Source of the DNA: Planctomycetota bacterium
Lineage (GTDB): Bacteria > Planctomycetota > UBA8108 > UBA1146
Direction: 5' to 3'
Length of the DNA stretch: 64,000 nucleotides
NCBI GenBank assembly: GCA_028825265.1
Contig: JAPKAM010000004.1
Span: 333 to 64,332, forward strand
Under the pieces are notes generated by a model. It saw only the letters and a list, made by a program, of their open reading frames with translations. It was not told where the DNA came from and ran no database searches. Position numbers and translations under genes: made by a program. This document shows positions 55,281-64,000 of the stretch, piece after piece (the first letter of the stretch is position 1; the number at the start of each line of letters is the position of its first letter).

Positions 55281-56318
55281 TCAAGAACGATCGAGTAGAC
55301 CCTTGAGCTGACTTTCCAGATCTCGGATCCGTTCCCTCAGTTCGGGTAATTGTGAGATGACACCATAGATCTTGCGTGTCTGCCGAGCTTCCGCCGCCGG
55401 AGTGCCCATGAGGACCTGATTTCCTTCAAAACTGCGCATCACGGCTGATTTGGCCGCGACCTGGGTCTTGCTCCCCAGTTCCACGTGGCCAACCACTCCG
55501 CTTTGACCACCAAACGCACAATCATCACCGATGACGGTCGATCCGGCGATACCGACCTGTGCGGCGAAGAAACAACGTGAGCCGATCACCACATTATGAG
55601 CAATGTGCACCAGGTTGTCGATCTTGGTCGCCTCACCGATGTGGGTATCCTCGAGGGCTCCACGATCGATGGTGCAGTTGCAACCGATCTCGACATCTCG
55701 GCTGATCTGAACACCGCCGCGATGGGGGATCTTGCAAGGACCGTCGGTGCCCTGTGCGTATCCGAAACCATCTCCTCCGACCACGGTTCCCGAATGGATG
55801 GTGGTCCCTTCTCCGATGGTGGTATTTCCGTAGATCACCACATTCGCGTGCAACGTGACCCCGGCGGCGATGGTGGTTGGGCCCAGAATCACCACTCCTG
55901 GATGAATCACCGCTTCGGTGGAAACGACAACTTCGCCACCGATGAAGGCCCCGGGACCGATGGAAACGTGCTCCTCGATATGAGCATCGGGGTGAATTCG
56001 TGCCTGGTCGCTGATTCCGATGAAGGGGGGATCCGGTTCAGGATGGAGCAGCAAGATGGCTCGGGCAAAGGCTTCATTGGTATTGGAGTGTCGGATGATG
56101 GCGGGAACCTCGATCAGATTCTCGCATTCTCGATCGGGTCCGATGAGCACTGCGGAAGCGGCGATGCCCGCGGGTACCGTGCGGTCGTCCGCGATCCAGG
56201 CCAGATCTCCATCGCCCGCACTTTCCGGTGGGCGCACCCTGTGGAGCAGGGCATCGGACTGGCCTTCGAGCTGGCCACCAATTCGATCGGCAAGTTCCTG
56301 AGCTTCCATCGCCATCAT
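55281..56318 (-). CDS. lpxD: UDP-3-O-acylglucosamine N-acyltransferase
   Basis: 345 aa. N-terminal LpxD domain plus left-handed beta-helix hexapeptide repeats (HPGVVILGPTTIAAGVTLHANVVIYGNTTIGEGTTIHSGTVVGGDGFG). Confidence 0.8.
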   Translation of the reverse strand: MMAMEAQELADRIGGQLEGQSDALLHRVRPPESAGDGDLAWIADDRTVPAGIAASAVLIGPDRECENLIEVPAIIRHSNTNEAFARAILLLHPEPDPPFIGISDQARIHPDAHIEEHVSIGPGAFIGGEVVVSTEAVIHPGVVILGPTTIAAGVTLHANVVIYGNTTIGEGTTIHSGTVVGGDGFGYAQGTDGPCKIPHRGGVQISRDVEIGCNCTIDRGALEDTHIGEATKIDNLVHIAHNVVIGSRCFFAAQVGIAGSTVIGDDCAFGGQSGVVGHVELGSKTQVAAKSAVMRSFEGNQVLMGTPAAEARQTRKIYGVISQLPELRERIRDLESQLKGLLDRS

Positions 56319-57385
56319 CGACTCCCCGGTCGGACCACTCCGAGAAGGTCGATGACGAGTGGTTTTGACAGTTCGGTATCCAGCGTCACCGTCAACTTAC
56401 CGTAGATCCCACCTGGAGAATTCGGGAACGGTTCGGCGACAAAAGCGCGCATCTGAACGCTGCCATCGGTGAGATTCTTGGAGGTGAAGGAGAGTTCGAG
56501 ACCGCTCGGATGGCGAGTTAGATCGAGTCGGATATCGACCACCTTGAGCGGCTTGCCATCGACTCTTCGTAGCGTCAGCACACTGTCCGAAAATCCACAC
56601 TGTTTGACTTGGTTGAGGTTCCACGCTTGCGGCTGATACATCACCAGGCCAAAGGCGCGTCCCCGGATGGGGACGGTGAAGGGGAGTCCGTTACAGAATC
56701 CATGGATGCGACCGGCAAATCGACCGGGAGCGATCTCCGATCGTACGGTGACTTCGACTCGGGCACGATTCTTCAGCGGTTCGAGCAAGCGCACTCGGAA
56801 GTTCGAGTGGTCGCTGGTCAACTGGGTGATGACGGGCGCTTGGATCGCAGAGAGCGCCTCGAACTCGACCACCTGAGTCGCTTCCGGAATTTCTGCGACC
56901 TTCGAGGTGGACAGCACCAACTCGCGTCGTGATGTGCGAATGCCAGGGTGGAATTGGGCGATGACTGGAAGCCTGAGCACCGGTTGATTTCCGACATGGA
57001 CTTCGATTTTCTTGGAGAATGAGCCCCATCCACGACCGAAACTCAGGTCGAAGCGGAAAGTTCTTTTCTCTCCGGGGCCGAGCGGAGTCCTGACATCGGG
57101 AGATCTCATCTTCATGCAACCACAGGTCGGGTGAATCTTCGTCAGTTGGATCGGTTCCTTGGTCAGGTTGATCAGCTGGAACTCGAGAGTTTTCACCTGA
57201 CCATGGCCAACGACGCCGACATCGAGCTGCCTTGGAGCCAGTTCCAGCGAGGAAGCGGAGGATTGGCCAGCCAGCGGAATTGGCATCGATATTAGCATCG
57301 AGCCGATCAGGACCGAGAGCAGCAGCCCGCTGAGCAGCGACGGACGGCGACCAAGGGGCGAGAGGGCCTGTCGAAAGTGGTGCAT
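56315..57385 (-). CDS. Secreted DUF1573-like beta-sandwich protein
   Basis: Signal peptide. HPTCGCMKM motif (cf. the DUF1573 CGC motif). Beta-rich sequence. Confidence 0.4.
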   Translation of the reverse strand: MHHFRQALSPLGRRPSLLSGLLLSVLIGSMLISMPIPLAGQSSASSLELAPRQLDVGVVGHGQVKTLEFQLINLTKEPIQLTKIHPTCGCMKMRSPDVRTPLGPGEKRTFRFDLSFGRGWGSFSKKIEVHVGNQPVLRLPVIAQFHPGIRTSRRELVLSTSKVAEIPEATQVVEFEALSAIQAPVITQLTSDHSNFRVRLLEPLKNRARVEVTVRSEIAPGRFAGRIHGFCNGLPFTVPIRGRAFGLVMYQPQAWNLNQVKQCGFSDSVLTLRRVDGKPLKVVDIRLDLTRHPSGLELSFTSKNLTDGSVQMRAFVAEPFPNSPGGIYGKLTVTLDTELSKPLVIDLLGVVRPGSR

Positions 57386-57429
57386 CGGGTCTTCTCCTCG
57401 CGGGAGATTGTAACCTTTTCTGACCCGCT

Positions 57430-58167
57430 TTGGGGGTGCATCTGGTGCCTAGCGATCGGGTGGTCTATTTTCCAGTTCCCCTGCCGGATCGGGGGCAGAG
57501 AGTCGCAGCACAAAAAGGGGGCATCGTGGGCAAAGAGGTGGTCGAGCAGGTGTGGGGCATTTCCCGCCCGGTGATGGAGCAACAGATCGGTCGCTTCCAG
57601 GGCTTCCTTGCGGACCGAGGGGATCTGATCCGTCGCTGCCAGGCGCTGGAAGATCTGGGAACCTTTCGACCGCGAGATCAGGTCGAGGAGGATTCGAGCT
57701 GGAAACAGGTCATCCCCTACATGGTCTTGCGCCACGACCAGCAGATTTTGCAACTACGGCGTCTGTCGACCCAGGGGGAAGCTCGCTTGCATCATCGGAT
57801 TTCCATCGGAGTCGGAGGACATGTCAATCCGGAACCGGGTGCCCATGAACCGTTGTTGCTGCGCGGGATGCGACGTGAATTGGCCGAGGAGATCTGCATC
57901 GATGCCCAATCGGTTCAGTTTCGACTGCTGGGTTGGATCAATGACGATGAGACGGAAGTGGGGCAGGTTCACTTGGGCCTGGCGGTCGAGGCGTTTCTCG
58001 ACCACCGGCCAGAAATTCGTGAAACGGACCGGATGGAGGGGACCTGGCAGCGGTTGGATCGAATCGACGCGACCGATCCTGCCTGGGAATCGTGGTCTGC
58101 ACTGCTTCTTTCGGCTTTGGAGTCGGATCCTTCGGTCGCCGAGAGAAATATCAGTCATCTGAAGTGA
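57430..58167 (+). CDS. NUDIX-like hydrolase
   Basis: Degenerate Nudix box around GMRRELAEEICI. The start is uncertain. Confidence 0.4.
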   Translation: MGVHLVPSDRVVYFPVPLPDRGQRVAAQKGGIVGKEVVEQVWGISRPVMEQQIGRFQGFLADRGDLIRRCQALEDLGTFRPRDQVEEDSSWKQVIPYMVLRHDQQILQLRRLSTQGEARLHHRISIGVGGHVNPEPGAHEPLLLRGMRRELAEEICIDAQSVQFRLLGWINDDETEVGQVHLGLAVEAFLDHRPEIRETDRMEGTWQRLDRIDATDPAWESWSALLLSALESDPSVAERNISHLK

Positions 58168-58258
58168 AACCGACCCGGTGCGATTGACGCTCCATTCGGT
58201 GCCGGGATAGAATCACGGCGAGTCGAGCAGGATCGGCAGCAGCGATCGGGCGACAATC

Positions 58259-58310
58259 GGTGTCACTAGACACTGGTGTCACTAAACTCGGTGTCACTAC
58301 AGTTCGTCAC
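58259..58310 (+). repeat. Three direct copies of GGTGTCACTA at 15-16-bp spacing upstream of tRNA-Gln
   Basis: cGGTGTCACTAgacacTGGTGTCACTAaactcGGTGTCACTAcagttcGTCACgatgg; the last copy ends 26 bp before the tRNA. Confidence 0.7.
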
Positions 58311-58324
58311 GATGGAAATACAGC

Positions 58325-58399
58325 TACCCGGTGGTGTAATTGGCAACACAACTGGTTTTGGTCCAGTCATTCGAGGTTCGAGTCCTCGCCGGGTAGCCA
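58325..58399 (+). tRNA. tRNA-Gln (anticodon UUG), CCA encoded
   Basis: Manual fold: acceptor UACCCGG/CCGGGUA, D-arm GUGU-AAUUGGCA-ACAC, anticodon stem ACUGG/CCAGU with loop UUUUGGU, T-arm CGAGG-UUCGAGU-CCUCG, discriminator G, CCA. Confidence 0.85.
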
Positions 58400-58521
58400 T
58401 TCGTCAAAGTGTCGATTGAGACTCTGGGCATCGGTCAGCAATACCGAACAGCGACCGGATCTCCTTCGAATCTGTGGAATCTTTCGCCGGACAGGCGATG
58501 TAGCAGGACAGGACACCTTCG

Positions 58522-59841
58522 ATGGACATCCAGTTGTCCGCCATCATCCTGGCTGCCGGTCGCGGTTCACGGATGAAGTCCGATGTACCCAAGGTCCTAC
58601 ACCCAGTCCTCGGGATTCCGATGATCGAACTGGTCACCCAACAGGTACGTCAGTGTGGAGCGGATGACCTGACCTTGGTGCTGGGGCACGGCGCACCGTT
58701 GGTCGAGAAGGCGCTCGGGGATGCCCCGATCCGCTGTGCGATCCAGGAACCACAAAGAGGCACTGCGGATGCGGTGCTGGCCGGATTGTTACAGCAGCCG
58801 CCGTTGCATTCGGATGTACTGGTCGTCAACGGCGATCTTCCCGACCTCGATCCCAAGTTGCTGGCCCGTTTTGTCGCCGACCATCGCAGCGGCGGAGCCG
58901 CTTTTTCGGTGGCGACTGCCCAGGTCAGTGATCCCGTTGGGATGGGAAGAATCGTTCGAAATGATGAGGGCGCTTTCCAACAGATCGTCGAGCAACAGGA
59001 TGCAAATCCTGTCATCCAGCAGATCGATGAGGTCAACCTGGGGCTGTACATGCTCCAGGTCGAGACGATATTGCCGATCCTTCAGCAGGTCGTGACGGAG
59101 GATCTCTCTACCGCAGATGCGGGTTTTGAGAGTTATCTGACCCGAGTGGTCGAGGTGCTTGTCCAGAAGGACATTGCAGTGGCCGCGGTCCCAGTCGCTG
59201 CGGATCGCCAGTTCTTGCAGGTCAATGACCGGAGAGGGTTGGCTCGAGCCTCGAGAGTTCTACAAGATCGGCTCCAGCAACAGTTTCTCGAGGCAGGAGT
59301 GACCATCATCGACCCGCTCACCACCTGGATCGAACTGGAGGTCGAGATCGGCACTGACACAGTGATCCATCCCCAGACAGTGATTCGACGCGGAGTTCGT
59401 GTCGGTCGTCATTGCGAGATTGGCCCCTTTGCACACCTTCGCGAAGGTACCGTGATCGAGAACGATGTGAAGGTGGGGAACTTTGTCGAGATCAACCGCA
59501 GCCACCTGGCCAATGGTGTTCGGGCCAAGCACCTCGCCTACCTGGGAGACACCCAAGTCGAGAGAGGTGCCAACATCGGAGCCGGGGCGGTGGTCGCGAA
59601 CTACGACGGAACCAAGAAATCTCCGACCGTCATCGGCGAACGGGCATTTATCGGCAGCGGTAGTGTCATCGTGGCTCCTGGTCAGATCGGTGCGGATTCC
59701 ATCGTCGGGGCCGGGGCAGTCGTCCCACCTGGGAAACCAGTCGAGTCCGGCTCGATCGTCGTCGGTGTACCGGCACGAAAATTGAAACGAAATATTAACC
59801 GTCCCGGAGAAATCCGTGAGGATGAAAGAGGAATCCGATGA
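58522..59841 (+). CDS. glmU: Bifunctional GlcNAc-1-phosphate uridyltransferase / GlcN-1-phosphate acetyltransferase
   Basis: AIILAAGRGSRMKSDVPKVLHPVLG N-terminus. C-terminal hexapeptide repeats (GANIGAGAVVANYDG). Confidence 0.85.
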   Translation: MDIQLSAIILAAGRGSRMKSDVPKVLHPVLGIPMIELVTQQVRQCGADDLTLVLGHGAPLVEKALGDAPIRCAIQEPQRGTADAVLAGLLQQPPLHSDVLVVNGDLPDLDPKLLARFVADHRSGGAAFSVATAQVSDPVGMGRIVRNDEGAFQQIVEQQDANPVIQQIDEVNLGLYMLQVETILPILQQVVTEDLSTADAGFESYLTRVVEVLVQKDIAVAAVPVAADRQFLQVNDRRGLARASRVLQDRLQQQFLEAGVTIIDPLTTWIELEVEIGTDTVIHPQTVIRRGVRVGRHCEIGPFAHLREGTVIENDVKVGNFVEINRSHLANGVRAKHLAYLGDTQVERGANIGAGAVVANYDGTKKSPTVIGERAFIGSGSVIVAPGQIGADSIVGAGAVVPPGKPVESGSIVVGVPARKLKRNINRPGEIREDERGIR

Positions 59842-60791
59842 GCCAGAAACTGTCCGATCGAATGGTGGTTCTGAGTGGCAACTCGAATCGATCGCTGGCT
59901 GCGGATATCTGTTCCGAACTGGGACTGGAACCGGGCCGAGCGGATGTGACTCGGTTCCCCGACGGAGAGATCTCAGTGACACTCGGCGAAGATGTTCGTG
60001 GTAAGGATGTGTTTGTCGTCCAATCGACCTGTCCGCCAGTCAATGAGAACTTGATGGAACTGTTGGTGATGATCGACTGCGTCAAGCGATCGTCAGCCGC
60101 CCGGATTACCGCTGTCATTCCCTACTTTGGCTACGCTCGACAAGACCGTAGGGAGCAGGGTGCACGGGTCCCGATCACCGCCAAGATGGTCGCCAACTTG
60201 ATCGTGGCCTCCGGAGCCGATCGAGTGGTGACGATGGACCTACACTGCGAACAGATTCAGGGTTTCTTTGATATTCCGGTGGATCACGTTTACGCAGGAT
60301 CGGTCCTCGTCGATCACTACGCCCGCAAGAAAATGACCGACCTGGTGGTGGTCAGCCCCGATGTCGGAGCCATCAAGATGGCCCGTGCCTACAGTCGCGG
60401 CCTGGGAGCCAGACTGGCCACCGTCGATAAACGCCGAGTGAGTGGCGAGAAGACCGAGATCGGCTTCATCATTGGGGAGGTGGCCGGACTCCATGCGATT
60501 ATCGCCGATGATGTCATCGCCACCGGCGGGTCGATTACCGCTGCTGCCCAGTTGATCCTCGAGAAAGGGGCCAAATCGGTGTTTCTGGCCTGTACCCATC
60601 CGGTGCTCTGCGGCCCTGCGGTGGAGCGACTGCAGGCCAGTCCCGCCCAGGAGTTTGCATTCGTGGACACCATTCCCGTGGACGGAAAGTTATCTGGTGA
60701 TAGGGTAGTCCTGTTGTCAAGTGCCCCGGCCTTTGCCAATTCAATCCGGCAGATTCATAAATCTGCTTCGATAGGGCGCAACAGCTTGTGA
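59838..60791 (+). CDS. prs: Ribose-phosphate pyrophosphokinase
   Basis: LSGNSNRSLA...FPDGEISV...DLHCEQIQGFFDIPVDH...DDVIATGGS. ATGA overlap with glmU. Confidence 0.85.
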   Translation: MSQKLSDRMVVLSGNSNRSLAADICSELGLEPGRADVTRFPDGEISVTLGEDVRGKDVFVVQSTCPPVNENLMELLVMIDCVKRSSAARITAVIPYFGYARQDRREQGARVPITAKMVANLIVASGADRVVTMDLHCEQIQGFFDIPVDHVYAGSVLVDHYARKKMTDLVVVSPDVGAIKMARAYSRGLGARLATVDKRRVSGEKTEIGFIIGEVAGLHAIIADDVIATGGSITAAAQLILEKGAKSVFLACTHPVLCGPAVERLQASPAQEFAFVDTIPVDGKLSGDRVVLLSSAPAFANSIRQIHKSASIGRNSL

Positions 60792-60835
60792 TTTAGTAGG
60801 TCCGCAGAGGCTGGACCATGAAAGGCGACGAGACG

Positions 60836-61393
60836 ATGGACAAGTATGTGCTGGAGGGCCAGTCAAGAGAGGCCTCAAATCAGGGCACCCGTGCGGCCCG
60901 AAAACTCCGTAGTGATGGGCAGATGCCGGTCAACGTTTATGGAGCCGGAAAACCTAATCAATTCTTCTCAGTCAAAGCGACCGAGTTTTTTGGTGCGCTT
61001 GAGGGGAGTCACAGGCTCTTCGAGATCACCTGCAATGGGCAAACGGAGATGGGCCTCGTCAAAGAGGTCCAGTACGACACCTTTGGTGATCATGCGATCC
61101 ACGCCGATCTGAACCGTGTTTCGATGGATGACGTGGTCGATTCCACGATGCACATCAAGACGCTTGGCGTTCCCAAGGGTCTCAGTACTGGCGGCACCCT
61201 CGATGTCGCTTATCACCACATGCCAGTGCGCGGCAAGGTCAGCGCTCTGAAGGACTCCGTGGTGATCAATATCGAAAATCTCGCATCCGACGAATCGATT
61301 CGAGCGCGAGATATCGATCTTCCCGCTGGTGTCGAGACGCCATTACCCGAGGGAACTCCGATCATCATCGTGCACGGTCGCCGCGGCGGTTAA
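60836..61393 (+). CDS. rplY: 50S ribosomal protein L25 / general stress protein Ctc
   Basis: MDKYVLEGQSRE..GTRAARKLRSDGQMPVNVYG. Long Ctc-type form. Confidence 0.8.
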   Translation: MDKYVLEGQSREASNQGTRAARKLRSDGQMPVNVYGAGKPNQFFSVKATEFFGALEGSHRLFEITCNGQTEMGLVKEVQYDTFGDHAIHADLNRVSMDDVVDSTMHIKTLGVPKGLSTGGTLDVAYHHMPVRGKVSALKDSVVINIENLASDESIRARDIDLPAGVETPLPEGTPIIIVHGRRGG

Positions 61394-61428
61394 TCGTCGC
61401 GTGAGATCTGTATGGGGAGGCCGAAGCG

Positions 61429-62079
61429 TTGCAGCACTCTTCAGTGCAAGAACGGGGACCTGATCGATCGGTCCCACTGGTGCTGATCGGGCTCGGGAAT
61501 CCTGGCCCCGAATACCTCGGAAGCCGCCACAATGTCGGATTCACAGTGGCGGACCAGGTCGTCGAGCGATTGCGCCGACCGGTCGAGGGTTCTGCGACCG
61601 GCGCATTTGTCACCTCCGGCTCCTGGAAGTGGCGCAAGGTCCACGTGCTCAAACCCAATCGCTTCATGAATCTGAGTGGTGATCCGGTCAGGATCTTCCT
61701 CGAACGTCATCAACTGACCCCAAAGCAATGCCTGGTGGTGGTCGATGATCTGGATCTTCCGCCAGGAACCCTCCGTATCCGCGGCCAGGGTTCTTCCGGG
61801 GGGCAGAAGGGGCTGGAAGATATCATCTCGGCCCTGGGAACCCCGAACATCGCGCGTTGCCGGATCGGCATCGGTCGTCCGGAAGCGGGCCAGGATGTCT
61901 CCAAGCATGTGCTGGAAAGACCGGCCGGGCAGCAGAAACTCGATTTTGAGCGATCTCTGACCCGGGCGACCGATTCCGTACTTTGCTGGTTGGTTGAGGG
62001 TGTATTGAATGCGGCTCGTCGCTACAATGGGCCGCTTCCTGGACCGGAGATCGAGATTCCGGAGGGGCTGGAAAACTAG
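61429..62079 (+). CDS. pth: Peptidyl-tRNA hydrolase
   Basis: LVLIGLGNPGPEYLGSRHNVGF, FMNLSG, VVVDDLDLPPG. Confidence 0.8.
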   Translation: MQHSSVQERGPDRSVPLVLIGLGNPGPEYLGSRHNVGFTVADQVVERLRRPVEGSATGAFVTSGSWKWRKVHVLKPNRFMNLSGDPVRIFLERHQLTPKQCLVVVDDLDLPPGTLRIRGQGSSGGQKGLEDIISALGTPNIARCRIGIGRPEAGQDVSKHVLERPAGQQKLDFERSLTRATDSVLCWLVEGVLNAARRYNGPLPGPEIEIPEGLEN

Positions 62080-62302
62080 TTTGTGGAGTGAATAGGATCG
62101 CAGTCCCAGTGGCTCGATCGCCTGCTGATTGCAGGTCCGCTGGCTGCAAGTCCGCTAGTTGCAAGTCGGCTGGCTGTAGGTCACTGGTTGAGTTGAATAT
62201 CGCGCAGAAAAAACAGGTGCTGCCATTGCATAGATTCCCTGAAGGTCATCGGGGGGGCAGGGCGGCGGATCATGATCTTGGATAGATCTAGAGGAGACCA
62301 TT

Positions 62303-62950
62303 TTGACCGAACGACTTTACGAGGGCTTATTCCTCGTCGCTGCGACAGAAGCAGCATCTGAATGGACCGCGATCGAGGGACAGATTCGTGCCATGATCGA
62401 GAGCCACGGCGCGACCATCGAATATGCTGAACGGTGGCCGGAGCAGCGCCTGGCCTATCCGGTCAAGGGAGTGAAGCGAGGAGTTTATTTCCTGGCCTAC
62501 TTTACCTCTGATACTGGAGCCATCGCATCGATTCGAACCGATGGTCAACTGAATGAAAAAATCTTGCGTATGCTGATCATCCAAGAGGACTTCCTCGTGA
62601 CAGAGATGGCCAAGCGCAAAGAATCTGCGGCTCGTTCAGCCGAATATGCGGCCAAAAAAGCCAGTGCAGAAGCCGAATCCACGAGTGCCGATGCGAAGGC
62701 TGCGGATGCCACAGTTGCAGATGCCACCGATACAGATACAGATGCCGCGGATGCGGATGCCACAGTTGCGGATGCCACGGATTCTGTGCCAGCAGCGGCT
62801 GGAGCCACAGATGCTGGCGAGGCTGCCGTGGATGCTCCGGTCAGCTCCGACGAGACGGTCGCCGCTGCGGATGAGGAGCGCGTTGTGGCCCAGGTCGATG
62901 AAGAGTCGCCGGTCGAAGAGGTCGCCAATACAGAAGAAGAAACGCAGTAA
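62303..62950 (+). CDS. rpsF: 30S ribosomal protein S6 with ~110-aa acidic, Ala/Asp/Thr-rich C-terminal extension
   Basis: YEGLFLV...RWPEQRLAYPVKGVKRGVYFL S6 core, then a repetitive tail (ADATVADATDTDTDAADADATVADATDS...). Confidence 0.8.
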   Translation: MTERLYEGLFLVAATEAASEWTAIEGQIRAMIESHGATIEYAERWPEQRLAYPVKGVKRGVYFLAYFTSDTGAIASIRTDGQLNEKILRMLIIQEDFLVTEMAKRKESAARSAEYAAKKASAEAESTSADAKAADATVADATDTDTDAADADATVADATDSVPAAAGATDAGEAAVDAPVSSDETVAAADEERVVAQVDEESPVEEVANTEEETQ

Positions 62951-62974
62951 TTTCTGAAACGAGAAGAGGGAGTC

Positions 62975-63424
62975 ATGGAAATCAACAGAGTCATCATCGC
63001 GGGCAATCTGACGAGGGATCCAGAACTCAAGATGATTGCTGGAGGCACGGCAGTCTGTGATCTAGGGCTCGCCTCGAATCGGCGCTTTCGCAAGAAAGAT
63101 TCGGAACAGATGCAGGAAGAAACTTGCTATGTTTCGATCACCGTGTGGGGGCGCCAGGCCGAAACTTGCAACCAGTACCTGAGCAAGGGCAAGCAAGTCG
63201 TGGTCGAGGGAAGACTCAAGTACGACCAGTGGGTCGACAAGGACAGTGGTAAAAATCGTAACAAGTTGACAGTGGTGGCCGATCGGGTCCACTTCATGCC
63301 TCGCTCTAGCGAGGGAGGATCCACACCGGGTGGCTACTCCACGACCGGCGAGCAGAGCTCGGGAGAAAAAACTCCCAGCGACTTCCCCCAGGGCCAACCA
63401 TTTAACGACGAGGTGCCCTTCTAG
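62975..63424 (+). CDS. ssb: Single-stranded DNA-binding protein
   Basis: OB-fold N-terminus (NRVIIAGNLTRDPEL). Gly-rich tail ending in the acidic tip NDEVPF. Confidence 0.8.
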   Translation: MEINRVIIAGNLTRDPELKMIAGGTAVCDLGLASNRRFRKKDSEQMQEETCYVSITVWGRQAETCNQYLSKGKQVVVEGRLKYDQWVDKDSGKNRNKLTVVADRVHFMPRSSEGGSTPGGYSTTGEQSSGEKTPSDFPQGQPFNDEVPF

Positions 63425-63441
63425 GGCAGAAAGAGATCAAC

Positions 63442-63648
63442 ATGTTTGGACGCAGAGATAAAAAGTCGGTGGTCGCGGATATGACCTACATCGACTACAA
63501 GAATGTCGACCTTTTACACAAGTTGCTGACCGGTGGAGGAAAACTCACCTCTCGCCGGCAGATCGGCTGTGATGCGAGGATGCAACACCGCATCAAGCGA
63601 GCGGTCCATCAGGCCCGTTTCATGGCATTGGTTCCGTACGGACAGTGA
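63442..63648 (+). CDS. rpsR: 30S ribosomal protein S18
   Basis: IDYKNVDLLHKLLTGGGKLTSRRQIG...QHRIKRAVHQARFMALVPY. Confidence 0.85.
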   Translation: MFGRRDKKSVVADMTYIDYKNVDLLHKLLTGGGKLTSRRQIGCDARMQHRIKRAVHQARFMALVPYGQ

Positions 63649-63703
63649 TTCCTTACGGACAGTGATTCCAAACGGAGAGTGAATTCGAACGAATAGTGAT
63701 TCC
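63634..63703 (+). repeat. Four tandem ~17-bp repeats (ACGGACAGTGATTCC-like) spanning the rpsR stop and the rpsR-rplI spacer
   Basis: ccgtacggacagtgattcc / ttacggacagtgattcc / aaacggagagtgaattc / gaacgaatagtgattcc. Confidence 0.7.
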
Positions 63704-63767
63704 TTCGGAGACTCAAAATACTTTGTAGACATCCCCCAAGGGGGAAATGGTAACTGGAGCCAAATCG

Positions 63768-64000
63768 ATGAAATTGTTTCTCAAGAAGAATATCAAGGAA
63801 CTGGGTGAGATCGGCGAAGTGATCGATGTGAAAACTGGTTACGCCCGGAACTTCCTGATTCCTCAGGGAATTGGTGTCGAGGTGGGGCAGGCAAACCTGC
63901 AGTGGATCGATGCACAAAAGCGACGCCTGGTCGTGGAAGAAACTGAGCGCAATGCAGAGATGAAGGATCTCGCAGATCGCATCAATGGCGCTTCCTGTAC
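63768..64000 (+). CDS. rplI: 50S ribosomal protein L9, N-terminal part (runs off the window)
   Basis: MKLFLKKNIKELGEIGEVIDVKTGYARNFLIPQG matches the L9 N-domain. There is no stop in the window. Confidence 0.75.
   Translation, partial: MKLFLKKNIKELGEIGEVIDVKTGYARNFLIPQGIGVEVGQANLQWIDAQKRRLVVEETERNAEMKDLADRINGASC

Noticed and set aside
1-64000. CRISPR arrays, IS elements, integrases or phage genes
   Set aside because: No repeat-spacer architecture, transposase or integrase motifs, or inverted terminal repeats were recognised. tRNA genes are not flanked by integrase-like ORFs. All tandem repeats are short (under 90 bp) and unspaced.

Overview
High-GC (~58%) bacterial chromosomal window, most consistent with a Planctomycetota-like genome. 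Evidence: prepilin-type N-termini with a GspG 'PWG' motif, dockerin-like C-terminal domains, a DUF1573-like protein, a PNPase with an RGG tail, and an S6 with an acidic tail. Genes are densely packed with frequent ATGA/TGATG overlaps. Housekeeping content: rny-ymdB-dtd, rpsO-pnp, ruvX, dacB, holA, trkH/trkA, lpxD, glmU-prs-rplY-pth, and rpsF-ssb-rpsR-rplI (truncated at the window end). Three tRNAs are present: Arg-CCG, Ala-CGC and Gln-UUG. The most notable region is a ~19-kb, 12-gene, translationally coupled operon (18.5-37.6 kb). It opens with an FHA-GAF-sigma54 activator and a dual-FHA membrane protein. GspL/M/C-like inner-membrane components and a TPR protein follow. It ends with a full pseudopilin set in the order G-H-K-J-I, all enlarged, including a 1907-aa GspK homolog. 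The second notable region is a probable cobalamin riboswitch (~38.83-39.0 kb) that precedes two paralogous beta-propeller proteins with dockerin-like Ca-binding C-termini. Several short tandem-repeat arrays lie in intergenic regions, and there is an ECF sigma / His-Glu-rich anti-sigma module. No CRISPR array or obvious mobile element was seen.
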